Below, piece after piece: positions 49,526 through 61,225 of a stretch of DNA of 64,000 nucleotides. The notes below the pieces were generated by a model that saw only the letters and a list, made by a program, of their open reading frames with translations, had not been told where the DNA came from and did not search any database. The DNA is from Neophaeotheca triangularis (Eukaryota). Positions within the stretch are counted from its first letter, which is position 1. Each line of letters begins with the position of its first letter. The position numbers were made by a program, and so were the translations under genes. The DNA is taken from the NCBI GenBank assembly GCA_054600435.1, contig BAAIJX010000022.1:62001-126000 (forward strand), in the 5' to 3' direction.

Positions 49526-50599
49526 TGTGGTGGAGGTGAAGGCGGTGGAGGTTGGTGTTGGGGGTCAAGGCATGCTCTGGTGGTGTCTTGGGGAGCGCTC
49601 TGATATGCGATCTATGTAGTAGCTGTTGGAATCGTTCTCATGGAGTAGTGTATTAGTTCAATCGAGCGTTGATAAAGGCATGAAGCAGACGAGGATGAGG
49701 GAATGCCGGCTGCATGGAAAGACGACGACTCCACAAGATGTACACGTTTACATGAATATACAATCTGTTTCAATCAACTGGGAAGTCGTCGAAGCATCGG
49801 ACCTGTAGAAGGGCGAGACTCGAGAGCTTCATCAAGCTGGAGACGAGAAGGATGTGGGGAAAATGCCTCGGCTTAAAGTCTACACACCTACATCAAGCAC
49901 TACTACTCCCTCTACCTTTACTAACTTGTCAAGTCAGTAAAGTATCTTAGCTATAACATATCATGGTACGGTTAACTCAATTCTTCTTGAGTTTCTGCCG
50001 AAACAGCCCTACATCCTTCTTGACCCCGAGGATGGAAAATTACGTTAGTTTGCACACATAGTAGTCTAGCATATCTAGTTATAGGTAGGCTACTACCTTA
50101 TGCGTATGTACATAAGCACTGGGTACTAGAGAGTGGTGTGTGCTAACTGCAATTCATTCGGTCTTTTTCGTGCTTTTCATACTTAGTCGGATATCTTTAA
50201 AGTAGGTACTAAGAATGCTGTCTACCTTGTGTACAGGTATTTCCAGCTCACTTCTGAGAACATGATTCATCGAGCAACGACAATCGCATACTTGTAGGTC
50301 TAGTCAGGTCCAAGCCAGCTTGTATTTGTGTACGCGCTATTTACAGCAGCCCAAAGCGCCATATCAGCCATGACGGACCATGCCATCCTGCCGCAACCAC
50401 CCGGTCTCCATTTCACTCCTCCACATGCCATGCCCTCCCCCTCATCATCATCATCATCATCGAACAAACGAAATGAGAAAAAGAAAAGGAAGGAGAAAAA
50501 GAAGCGAAGCCTTCCAATCTCATGTCCAAAGCATGCCACACCCGGCCAATCACTCTAGGCCCCCATCCTCAACACCGCCGTCCGAGTCGTCTTCCTCTT

Positions 50600-51037
50600 C
50601 TAAGAAGAAGTGTTGGCAGCGGTGGTGCTACCCTGCGTCTCCCTGGCCATGCCGCCCTGGCCGGCCGAGTGCTCAGAGGCAATCTGGGACTCGGTCTTCT
50701 TGTTGCCGTGGGAGATGAGGCGGTTGAGGAAACTACCCGGGCGGCCTTCGGGGTGGTTTTCACGCTCGGCCTTCTCAATCTCGCGGTGCAAGTGGCCGGT
50801 AGTTTCTTCGTCAACTTCTTCGTGGTCCGAGTGCTCGTCGATGTTGGCTACGACGGGTGGCAGGTGTTAGCTGGGAGGAAGCTTGAAAGAAGCAGGGTGG
50901 TGGTGATGATGGTGGTGGTGGTGGTGGGTTGTTGGCGTGGTTGTGAAACGACATTGACGTCGGAGGTGTAGTGGAAGAATACCTTTCTCGTCCTTGTGGC
51001 TCAACTTCCTCCTCATCTTGTCCCTGATGTTGTTCAT
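50600..51037 (-). CDS. Small hydrophilic hypothetical protein (about 100 aa); intron 50848-50982
   Basis: MNNIRDKMRRKLSHKDEK splices (GTATTC...CTAAC...TAG) in frame to ANIDEHSDHEEVDEETTGHLHRE...NTSS*. Confidence 0.68.
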
Positions 51038-51213
51038 GATGTTTGTAGTGTGGTGGTGTGGTGGAAAGCGGGGTAGTTGGCCTTAGCGGTGTGGTGTGTG
51101 GAGGCGAGTCTTGATGTAAGGTAGTCTTTGGTAGGGTGTTGTGTTTGGTCAAAGACGTCGGAGTGTTGAAGTCGGATGAAGAATAGCAAGTTGTCGTTGA
51201 TGTTGTTGTTGTC

Positions 51214-51222
51214 AGAGAGAGC

Positions 51223-51256
<34 letters not shown>

Positions 51257-51480
51257 CGACAGGTAGAGGCAGGGCAGGGCAGGGCAGGCAGGGCAGGCCG
51301 GGCAAGGAAGATGATGTGAGGTGGAGGAGAAGGCACACAGCCCCACCTTCCACCTGGGCAGTGGGCAGTGGGCAGTGGGCAGTGGGCACCTTCCAGTCGG
51401 GAGCTGGAGGTGCTCTTTCCATGAGGGTAAGGCACCTCAGCCGGTGAATGCACGGGACACGGGACACGGGGCACGGGGCT
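51214..51480. repeat. Microsatellite cluster: (GA)n, (GGGCA)n, (GGGCAGT)x4 and (CACGGGR)x4
   Basis: Directly visible upstream of the small gene. Confidence 0.85.
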
Positions 51481-52158
51481 CGGGAGTAGCAGGCACCGTG
51501 ACGCCACTTGTTCATTGTCTTGGCGACAACGGCACAGTCAATCGCAATCGATGCATACTACACTAGTTAACTGTAATAAGGTGCAGGTGAACAACGGGAA
51601 TGGGTCTAGATCTCACGTGGATTTCATCAACATTCCCAGGTTATGCACGTGGCTAACAACGTCATGTGACGAGATCAATCGTGACTGCCGCAAGTAGAGA
51701 GTCTGCCAATTAACGGGCGGGCACCTCTTTTACGAATCACTACAGAATACTGACGTCTTGCGAGATATTAAAGCTACGTCCCGTGCTATACACGATAAGG
51801 GGTAGGTAGGTGAGGTAGGCACAAGGTGACGACGAACCAAAAACCTGGTACAAGGTACAGTGAAGTTACGGTAAGTACCTAGCATCGGCGTCTGAACGCG
51901 TGGAAGTGGGACAATCATCATACCTACCTACAGTGGGTAAGGTACAGTAATCAGAATAACAACAACGCTAACGACTCATACATAACAACTACAGTACCTT
52001 ACAGTACCAAAGTACCTACTAATAACTAGCAGTCACCTTATTACCTTACTATATCCACTACGGACAGTAGTGACCCTCGGTCAGGTGACTTTGCCAAAAA
52101 CACCACTACCTACTTACCTACCTACAGTAGGCATCTTGGTCTAAGTGCTGATATAAGC

Positions 52159-54402
52159 ATGCTACACGACGTCTTGTTGGCCCTCTCCGGCCATCCATCT
52201 CCATTGTTCCACCAAACCCTTCAAAACCATGACAATGCCTCAGACTCATCACATTTCCCATGCTTATCACCCTCGGAACGCGACCTCCTGCAAACCATTG
52301 GCAAACTCTCCGAGCTACATAGGAAACTCCGCACTCACCTCGACTTTCTCTCCTCCCAACATCGCTCAATAATTTGCCGGGCCACTGCTACTTCTCTTAC
52401 CCAAGTCCACCTCGCTCGTTTCCAGCAGAAAATCCTCGACGTCGAGCGCAAAGTCTTGACCAAAGATGCTTCGACCGTGGGAGCTTACGATATCGTGCCC
52501 CTGGCCGGTCTTGTCGACGAGTTTGACGACTGGCATAGGTTGATGGCGTGGTATTGGGATATCGCCACCTTCATGCAGCGGCCTTCCTCGTCAAGAACGA
52601 CCGCCTCAGCAGTAGATTCGGCCGTCACCACTGGAGCAGCTTTGATCGACAGATTGCGAGCAGAGACTCAGACTGGTTATCCAGAGATCGAGGAAGCTGC
52701 TATCCAGCTCAGTAAAGTTGCCGAGACTGCGTGGTTGAGACAGCTCGCCAGTTGGTTGCTGTATGGGAAGCTGGCTACATCCAATAACAGTGACTTTTTC
52801 GTTCAGCCCGTGGATGGCGTCGAAGAAGGAAGCTTGCCTTTCCGCCGGCGAGATGATATACTTTTGCCCAAATTCGTCACACCCACCACCGCGGCATCCA
52901 TCTGGTTTGTCGGCAAATCGCTGTACCAAGTGCGCCAATACGCGCGCAGCGATGCAAGCCGGGCTGGGAAGACTACCGGGCTTGAAACTATCATCGAAGA
53001 CGCCAAATTGACTTCCACTCACTTGCAAGAGCTTTCGTCTCTGGCTTTGCCTATATTGCCTGCCCAACTTTCTCGGACAGTCTCTTCCATCCAGGCTTCC
53101 CTCTCGCGGGATGTTTTGGGAAGACTGCTACCATTAGAGAGGACGCTAGAGATGCTGCGCTGTCTGCGTCAATTCTTCCTCCTCCAGCGAGGAGAGTTCG
53201 CCACTACTCTCATAGCTGAAGCAGATAGCAGGCTGCAGTCCCGTCAACATGCAATGGGCCGTGCTCTGCAGCAGGATCCAGTCAAAGCGCTGCAAGGCCT
53301 CTCCATCAAGAATACCGAGCTGGCTCAGACGCTCCATCAAGTTTGGAAGACTTTGGCTTTGTTAGAACCGGACGACACGGATGAGATGCTACTGTTCGCA
53401 CAAGAGCACATAACGCTCAAAACCCAGACCAAGACCTTCCGACCCTCGACATCAAATTCAGCGGCAGAAGCAATGCCTCCTCTATCCGACGTCCGTTTCG
53501 ACGACCTTCTCTTCCCAATGCCGACAACCCTGGTCATCACCATTCCGGCGCCTCTTGACCTCATCATTACGGAAAAGGACACGGAAACCTACTCCGCAAT
53601 CAACGCCTATCTCCTCTCCATCCGGCGCGCCCTAAGTCGCACAACTGACCTCTGGCGCAACACACCCGCCCGCCGCGTCCACCCAAGCCCAACCACCAGC
53701 CAAACCTCCACCTCAAACCCAAACAACGCGCGTGCCCCCGCCCTCCGCAAAGTCTGGGCAACAGCCAGCAGCGCGCTCTTCCTCCTAACCCAAACCTCGG
53801 CCTATCTCGAAGGCGAAATCATCCCCCAAGCCAGCCAAACCTTCGAGACCTGGCTCAAAACCCCCACCCCGACCTCCACCTCCAACTCTGCCACCCCTCA
53901 ACCCCCAACCGCAGACCCCACCCTCCTCTCCCACGCCCACCGCCTCTTCCTCTCCTCCCTCACCCACTCCCTCCTCCTCACCTCAACCCCCTTCACCACA
54001 GCCCTCCGCCAGCTCTTAACAGACTTGGACTCCATGACCACCCACTTCACCCGTTTACTCTCCTTACACGGCAAAATGGCCACGGCCCTGGACACAACGG
54101 GTTCCGAAGACGCTTTCGCCATCGAAGACGCTCGCAGAGTCGGGGTCGAGCTCGACCGCGCTCGCAAGAGGGTGGATGCGGGTTTCAGAGGGGTTTTGGC
54201 CGTTTTGAGGGCCGAAGGGGGCAGGGGGAGGGGGGTGCTGGGGTTGTGGGCTGGAGGGTCTGAGGGGGGTGGCGGTGTAGAGGGCGCGGGTGGTTTTGTT
54301 CCCTGGACTCCTGGGCTTGGTGGGGGGGTTGAGGGGTTGTTGATGAAATTGGAGTTTTTGGGAAGGGTTGGGGTTGGGGGTGGTGAGGCGGGTGGGGGGT
54401 GA
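52159..54402 (+). CDS. Gamma-tubulin complex component, GCP4-type (Spc97/Spc98 family)
   Basis: MLHDVLLALSGH start typical of GCP4; WLRQLASWLLYG, FVGKSL, FFLLQRGEFA, PLDLII and YLLSIRR GRIP motifs. Confidence 0.85.
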   Translation: MLHDVLLALSGHPSPLFHQTLQNHDNASDSSHFPCLSPSERDLLQTIGKLSELHRKLRTHLDFLSSQHRSIICRATATSLTQVHLARFQQKILDVERKVLTKDASTVGAYDIVPLAGLVDEFDDWHRLMAWYWDIATFMQRPSSSRTTASAVDSAVTTGAALIDRLRAETQTGYPEIEEAAIQLSKVAETAWLRQLASWLLYGKLATSNNSDFFVQPVDGVEEGSLPFRRRDDILLPKFVTPTTAASIWFVGKSLYQVRQYARSDASRAGKTTGLETIIEDAKLTSTHLQELSSLALPILPAQLSRTVSSIQASLSRDVLGRLLPLERTLEMLRCLRQFFLLQRGEFATTLIAEADSRLQSRQHAMGRALQQDPVKALQGLSIKNTELAQTLHQVWKTLALLEPDDTDEMLLFAQEHITLKTQTKTFRPSTSNSAAEAMPPLSDVRFDDLLFPMPTTLVITIPAPLDLIITEKDTETYSAINAYLLSIRRALSRTTDLWRNTPARRVHPSPTTSQTSTSNPNNARAPALRKVWATASSALFLLTQTSAYLEGEIIPQASQTFETWLKTPTPTSTSNSATPQPPTADPTLLSHAHRLFLSSLTHSLLLTSTPFTTALRQLLTDLDSMTTHFTRLLSLHGKMATALDTTGSEDAFAIEDARRVGVELDRARKRVDAGFRGVLAVLRAEGGRGRGVLGLWAGGSEGGGGVEGAGGFVPWTPGLGGGVEGLLMKLEFLGRVGVGGGEAGGG

Positions 54403-54444
54403 GGTTTCGCTTGTTTTTGGTGGGGGATAAGTGAGGGGTGGGTT

Positions 54445-54505
54445 GGTTGAGGGGTTGAGCGGTTGAGGGGTTGAGCGGTTGAGGGGTTGAGCGGTTGAGG
54501 GGTTA
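54445..54505. repeat. 16-bp tandem repeat (GGTTGAGGGGTTGAGC) x about 3.7
   Basis: Directly visible just downstream of the GCP4 stop codon. Confidence 0.9.
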
Positions 54506-55032
54506 TGTTCGATCGGGAGTGTGGATAAGCTTGATCTGATGGATTGGACGGTTTGTTTGTACCGGGGGCGTATGTGGTTTGTTGTAGTAGCTAGTACGTC
54601 ACTTGAGCCGGAGAGTCGAGAATTGATATGCCAATCGTATACTCCCACTACTGGCCGCGTCGTTAATAGACTAGAGACTACGAGACTACGAGTACAAGAT
54701 TATAGGTTTCCAGAACTACAGGCCTTAAGAACTATAGGATTAAAGAGATACAGGCCTACAAAACTATAAGCCTATAAAACAACAACCCTACAAAACAACA
54801 ACCCACAACTACAAAACCACAACGACCCACCCACCTAATCTAAACCCAAAATCCCTAAAACCCCCAAAACTACCCAGGCAAGCGAGCCTTCTCCCTACAT
54901 AGTACCCCTCCCATTCACCCACCCCAACCCGCGCCACCGGCTACAAAGAAACCAAACCCCACGCCTTAAATCCAACCCACTACCTCTTCCTACAAACTAG
55001 ACGTATCAGTAAGTAAAAATTTCCGCCGTTGG

Positions 55033-55122
55033 TTGCTTTTTTGCTTTTTTGCTTTTTTGCCTGTTTGCTCGCTTACTTACCAGGTTAGTTACTTACTTGC
55101 TTACTCGATTACTTACTTGCCT
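55033..55122. repeat. (GCTTTTTT)x3 followed by degenerate (TTAC)n
   Basis: Directly visible. Confidence 0.8.
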
Positions 55123-56081
55123 ACTCCCTCGCTCGATAGCGGTGTCAAGTCGTAGCTGGAGACTCGGGACACGCATCTCTCGGCCGGCGAGGATGGGTTG
55201 TTTGGGTTTGCGTTGATTGTAGGTAGGGGGGGTAGGAGTGGTGTCTAGGGTCTTCAGGGGGGGGAGGGTTTAACCGGTTAGGGTGAGTCCCAAGTGGCTG
55301 TTTTTGCTATGATGGCTTGAAGAGGGAGGGGGGACTGTCTTTTACTAAAGTTTGAACATTGTTATTAGGAATGGGTTCGTTGCTCGTTGTTGTGTTGTCT
55401 GCTGCCTAGTCCTCGCTACTGACCGTGTTAACACCTCCCTAGCCGCGGGAGATTTCTGAAAGGTTTGGTTTGGCTGACCTCGAAATAGGAGACTCGATGG
55501 CATGACAGAGGAGAGGATAGGGCACGACAGCGAAGATTGCGCTCGCGACGCTAGCTGCGATGAGGGAGAAAAAGGAAAGCCAAAAAAAAAAAAAAACGAT
55601 AGGATCGTCTTCTCTCGCCGGAAGAAGGAAAAGAATGTTTAGAGAAGAGGAAAGGTAGAGAGAGGGGGGATCTCAAGCCGAATGGGATCAGTCCAAGTAG
55701 ATGAATAAAAAAGGTAAAGTGATAAATAAAACAAAACACGAATACCACACACACGAGCCCCACCTCGGTCTATGAAAGTCAAGACGCGGCGGCGGCCCTT
55801 TCCCTGTTGATTCCACGCAAATATGCAAGCTAGAAAGCAAGCCAACAAGAGTCTATTCTTACAAGAGAAAAGCCCCTACAAGAGGGCTACTAGCCACATC
55901 GCATCAGTTGAGGAAATCTCCTGCCTTGTTTTCTTGCGCAATTGTGCAGCATTCAGCAGTCGGAGAATCATAACGCCGTGGTTATGAAGCTGGATTAGAT
56001 AGATAGATGAAGCTCGCGCCTCACGCTCCGGGCGTGTGACGGAAAATTAGAGCGTCCAAAGGTCGTCGTAGGAAGTGGCGT

Positions 56082-57451
56082 TTACTGCTCCTTCTCGTAG
56101 CCGGCGGGCTTCTCGATACCGTTGACTTCGAAGAAGCGCGGGGTGCCTTGTTTGATGATGTGGTTAGCAAGCTAATTGTCACTGGTGTAGTGCATAGGAC
56201 TGAAAACTCACAAGAATACCCCTTCCAATCGAAATTCTTACTAGGATCACAATGGCATTTCAAATCCAAGCGTGTTTGCTCGCCCGTCGGACAATGCGTA
56301 AAAGGCACATGATAGTAGGCGATGTCGTTGAAGAAGTGAATCTCGCTCTTGTTGAGAGTGAGGCCGGCGCCGATTGAGTGGACGGGAGCGTCGCCCCAGC
56401 GTTCGTAGAAGAAGCCACCGTCTTGGTCGAGTTGCTCGAAGAAATCGAGATAGGCTGGCGAGCGCAGCCAGTCGAGGTTGCCAATTTCGAAATTTGACCA
56501 AAAGTGGCAGTGATTGTAGGTTTCGCCGCCGTCGTCGGAGAGGAAAGCCATGCTGTTGTCTGGGGCGAGGTGCTCGGGGTGTTTTTTCATGAACGTCTTG
56601 ACGCTGTCCCAGAGGGTTGGGATCGTCTCGACATATTCGTAGAGGGAGAGGACGAAGCTGTATTTTTTGCCGTGCTCGGCCATGAATTTGAACGTGTCGT
56701 AGCCGATGTCGCAGTAGAGTTCGATCGAGGGCTCGACGCGCCAGTACCATTCGTACTCGAGCATGAGCGGGTGGCGGAAGAAGAAACCGCTCTCGTAACG
56801 GCACATGTGGCGGTAGGAGACGCTGTCGCCGTATATGATCTTGCGCTCGTGCATGTCCTCCCGGACGCGCGCGGCCTTGTCTTGGTCGATGAAGGAGGGG
56901 AAACCCCAGTGTTCCGAGTCGATTTTGCCGTAGCGCGCGCGGCCGGATGTTAGGGACGTGGTGACGGACTTGAACGTCTCGTCGAACTCGGCGTCGTTGA
57001 GGAAGACCCAGTCGTAGTTGAAGCGGTGGTTGAAGCGGTCTTCGACCTGACGGATGCTGCGCGAGATTTCCCAGACGTCGCTGTTGCGCGCGAGGGTTAC
57101 AAAGGTTGCGTTCATCCGCTCGCCCGGGTCGGGGGACGAGGTAAGGGAGGTTTGACCCTGACCCGCTGCTGGGTTGGGCGAGGTATTGAGGGTGGAGGAG
57201 TCGGATTGCGCTTCAGGCTCGGGTGCCATTTTGGGGCTGTCTGCTGCTGCTTTCTCATCGGGTGATACGATGGGTGTGCCGCCTTGTCTGAACTGCTCTC
57301 CCATGCCTCTTAACCGCTCCGCCGAGTTCCTCATGTATTCACCGCCTGGGACTGTGCTTTGGCCCGAGTTGGACGAGGCTACGAAGTAGAGGATGATGAG
57401 GGCGATGAAGGAGACGAGGATGTAGCGCAGATAGCGCGTGTTGCCCGCCAT
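56082..57451 (-). CDS. KRE2: Alpha-1,2-mannosyltransferase Kre2/Mnt1 (GT15); intron 56147-56211
   Basis: Type II TM N-terminus; [31 protein letters not shown] and [11 protein letters not shown]. Splicing gives GYSCTPRFF...EQ*. Confidence 0.92.
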
Positions 57452-58262
57452 GGTGGCGTGGTGTGCCTGGTGTCGGAATCTTTTGACGCTGTCGCCAACT
57501 CTTTAACGTCGGGGGTGTTGTATTGCTGTCGCGATGATTTGAGATAGTACCTAGCTATGTTCCAAGGAGTAACAGCCCCTTGTTAGGCAGACCAATGCTG
57601 CAGCTGGAGAGTGGAGGTTGCTTGCTAGTGCCGCCGGCTGGACGTTGCGCCTTCTTTCGACGACCTATATCTATCGTTGACACGTGACAAAGAGTATTGA
57701 CGGGTGATTAACGATGGAAAAAGACGGGAGAGGAGAGAGAGAGAGAGATAGAGGAAGATGGACAAGGCAAAAGAGGCCACAGGTTCAGTATTAAGGTATT
57801 ATTACTACCTTACCCTTAGTATTTATTCACCTTGCGTGGCCTGACCGGACTTGCTTTGCTGACCGGCCTGACCCTGACCCTTACTTGCCTTACCTCTCCT
57901 AGTTTAACCCGGCGCCACGGTCGAGGAACGACAACTATCCTTATCTTCACGTGATTTTGTGTGTTATCACCCTAATCGGGTATAGCGCGGGATAGACCGA
58001 GCTTCAGCGTTCGGGTCACGTCAACATTATTTCGACCCATACCAAACTTGACAAGACCTACTTCACCACTCGACAGGTTCCCATTCGCTACCATACCGTA
58101 GCATTGGTACAGCGGGCGAATTCGGTTATCGACAGCGATTCAAGCCCTGGTGCTTATCCATCTTCCGCACTACCTACTCATCACTCACCTCTGCTGGCGA
58201 CACCACCAGCTCATCGCCCACTCGCTAGCTACCCCAGCTTCGGCTGGCAACAAAAGACCACC

Positions 58263-60831
58263 ATGTCCTTCTTCGGCTTCGATCCCAGCGCGCAGCCCGG
58301 CTCGCGACCACAGCAGCAGCGGCAGGGAGGTGGTGGTGGTGGTGGTGCCCCCGGCCGTGGCATGTTCGACCAGCATGATCCCTTCGCGGAACTAGGCCAA
58401 GGCGTTGACCCCGACGATGAGGCTCTCAACTTCGACGACACCTATGACGGACTTGGCAAATCGCTCGATGAATCTGGTGATACTTTCAACGACGATACCT
58501 TTGGCGACGAACAGCCCGTCACGAGGCAGAGCGTTGGGAGGGACTTTGATTTTGCCGGAAACACTGCAAAGGCTAGAGGCGTGCTTCTCGAGGAGCAGAC
58601 TCTGCACCATGCGCGCCAACCAATGCAGCAATTTGCTGCTCCAAGTAGGCCTGCAAAGACCGGGTACGAGAGCTACAAGCAACCAGACTACATTCCCAAG
58701 CTTGAAGCCGATGCAAGTATCTGGGGGAGTAAGATTGCGAAGAAGCCAGAGCAGGCCCCTAAGCAGGAGGCCGCGCCAGCTGGGAGGAAGATGATGAGTT
58801 TGGATGAGGTGGAGGCGGCTATGCGTGCTCAGACGAAGCCACCTGCGCCGCCTATGCCGCAGGATACGGAACAGCAGAGTGCGGGTCTGAGAGCTATGCT
58901 TGGTGTTGGCGGCCCTGCTCCCCAGCAGCCACCGCCGCAGCAAATGCAACAGAAGGCTCCTCAAATTCTGCAACGATCTCAGCAGCAGCAGCAAGCTATG
59001 CCCAACATTCCGCCTTCATCTACGCCAGACTACAACCTTCGCGCTCCACAAATTCTTCAAAGAGAGCAGTCTCCTCAACTACCGCAGCAGCCGAGAGACT
59101 TTCAAGGGCCACCACAGCAACAGATGCAATTCCAGCAGCCTCCCCAAGGACCCGCCCAACAAGTCCGTGGACCCCCTGTGCAGCCGCCGCAGGGCCCAAT
59201 GCATCCCATGGCGCACCAGCGTGGTCCTTCCTACGGTGGACCTCCCATCACGCAGGCGCAACAGATGATGCAAATGTCTCCCGAAGAGCGTGAACAGTAT
59301 CTCGAGGAGGAAGCGAAGCGTGCCAAGCGCAACCACAAGATCTTCATGCTTTCCAAGAACAACGGCGTCATGACACCACAAGATAAGAACTTCATCACCC
59401 GCATTCAACTGCAACAACTGTTGACAGCTACTGGCGGCATCGATAACGCACCTGGCAGCGATCAGCAGCTAGCGGAAGACTTCTACTACCAAGTTTACTC
59501 GCAGATCCGAGGCCCGCCTCGTACGGAGCCCGGCCAACCATTGAACCAGTTCGCCCAAACTTACCTCTTCCAAACTGGAAGTCGCTACGGCTATGGTCGT
59601 AACAGGAATCATCCACGCGGTGGCGATAACCACGTTCAGCGAATGGAGCAGCAGGTCGCCCGCGCTGTCGAAGCAGCCAAAGCTCGCCCCAAAAACAAAC
59701 ATCTCGTGGTAGAAGGCTCCCTTGGCAAGATTGCATTCAGTAATAGCAAAACGCCTCGTCCTTTGCTCAATCTTAAACGGAACGACTCGCAGGCAAAGAT
59801 GGCCGCCAAGCCCATGTCTGTGGCAGACCGCAAGACGGCTCTTCGCGATATTGAAAACGTCTACTCTACGCTCATGAGGATGGAAGACCACGAGCGACAC
59901 CTGCCACCTCCACCAAACGAGGAAAGCCCTCCAGATGTCATTGAAGGTCACATGCACTGGCGAAGTGAGATGCAAGCACTCAACCAGCAGATCTGGGCCG
60001 AATTGAAAGTGATGGAGCCGATAGGGCACAAGTGAGTCTTGTCTCCACCCTTTCCCTACTCTACCTCTAAACTAATACTCCTTTTTCTCCAGCCCCACCG
60101 CCCCCCACCCCTTCATCGCCCTTCTCTCCCACGGCAAAGGCAAAAAGGTCTTCCCCCGCGTCTTCCGCCACCTGGACGACCAACAACGCCTGACCGTTCT
60201 CACCCTCCTTGCCATCCACCTGGACAGCCTCGACGTCATCCGCCTTGCCCACCCGTCTCCAGAAAACACTCCCCTCCCCCCTCGCATCAAAGAAGAAGTC
60301 GATCTCTTCTCCGCAGCCGTCATCCCCCAACTCTTCACCTACGTCAACGAAGCCCCCCTCAACATCGTCATCGGACTCCTAGGCCTGGTCCTCGACCGCT
60401 CCCAATCTCTTCCCACCATTGCTCGCACCAAAGTCGGCTCCAAATTCCTCATGATGCTCATCTCCCGCGCCGAGCTCGCCAAAAACGCCGCCCCACCCAA
60501 TTCTCCAGACGTCACCGAGTGGAACTCCCTCTACACTCGTCTCTTCGACGCCTTGGAGCCGGTGCTACCCTGGCTCTTCAACGCGAACATCCCCGTCGCT
60601 ATGACTGCCGTGGGTGAAGACACGCACGTTTGGCAGTTCTTAGCTGCCATGGGCGTGGGCACGGGCGGCGATAGCGGTTTGCAGACGAGACTGGTTATGG
60701 GGGTCAAGGAGCGCGTTATGGAGACTGTTGGGGTCTCTAAGACGCTACCGCAGGAGATGGCGGAGAGGAGGTTGGCGGAGGTGAATTTGTTCATGAGGGC
60801 CATTGGGCTGGATGTTGAATTGCTTGGTTGA
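58263..60831 (+). CDS. PAT1: mRNA decapping activator Pat1; intron 60032-60092
   Basis: MSFFGFD start; FNDDTFG, MTPQDKNFITRIQLQQL, EDFYYQVY, SLGKI, HPFIALLSHGKGKK and NLFMRAIGLD. Confidence 0.94.
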
Positions 60832-61225
60832 TTGCTATTGGGTGGTGTGATAAGCGGCGAGAGCGGGTGTCGTTTTTGGTATAGTTGCGGCTTGACGGAC
60901 GAGTGACGGGATTGCGCTGTACCGTGGCATGTGAAATGCGTCTTCTAGCGGCGTCCTACCGGCCTCTTCTTCCAGGCTAGACGACGTGGTTTCCTTTTCC
61001 TTTCACTTTTGCTCTTCTTATCTATTGATCAAAAACTATCCATTTACCCAGTAACGTCGTTTACCCTCACAGCTTTGCTCTGCCTCGAGCCAGCCAAACC
61101 GAAGACTTCCCAACTCAACTCCCTTGTCTCTCCCGTCCATTCTTACCAGTCTAGATGATAATTGCCTCTGAGCTCTCACCACAAGCCCCAAAATCCCAAA
61201 GACCCCGGGACCCTCCACCGACAAG

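Noticed and set aside
58104..58262. N-terminal extension of PAT1 from the TTG start in the ORF track (similarly 25815, 32615 and 32359)
   Set aside because: Either a non-ATG start, or a conserved or signal-bearing N-terminus begins at a downstream ATG.
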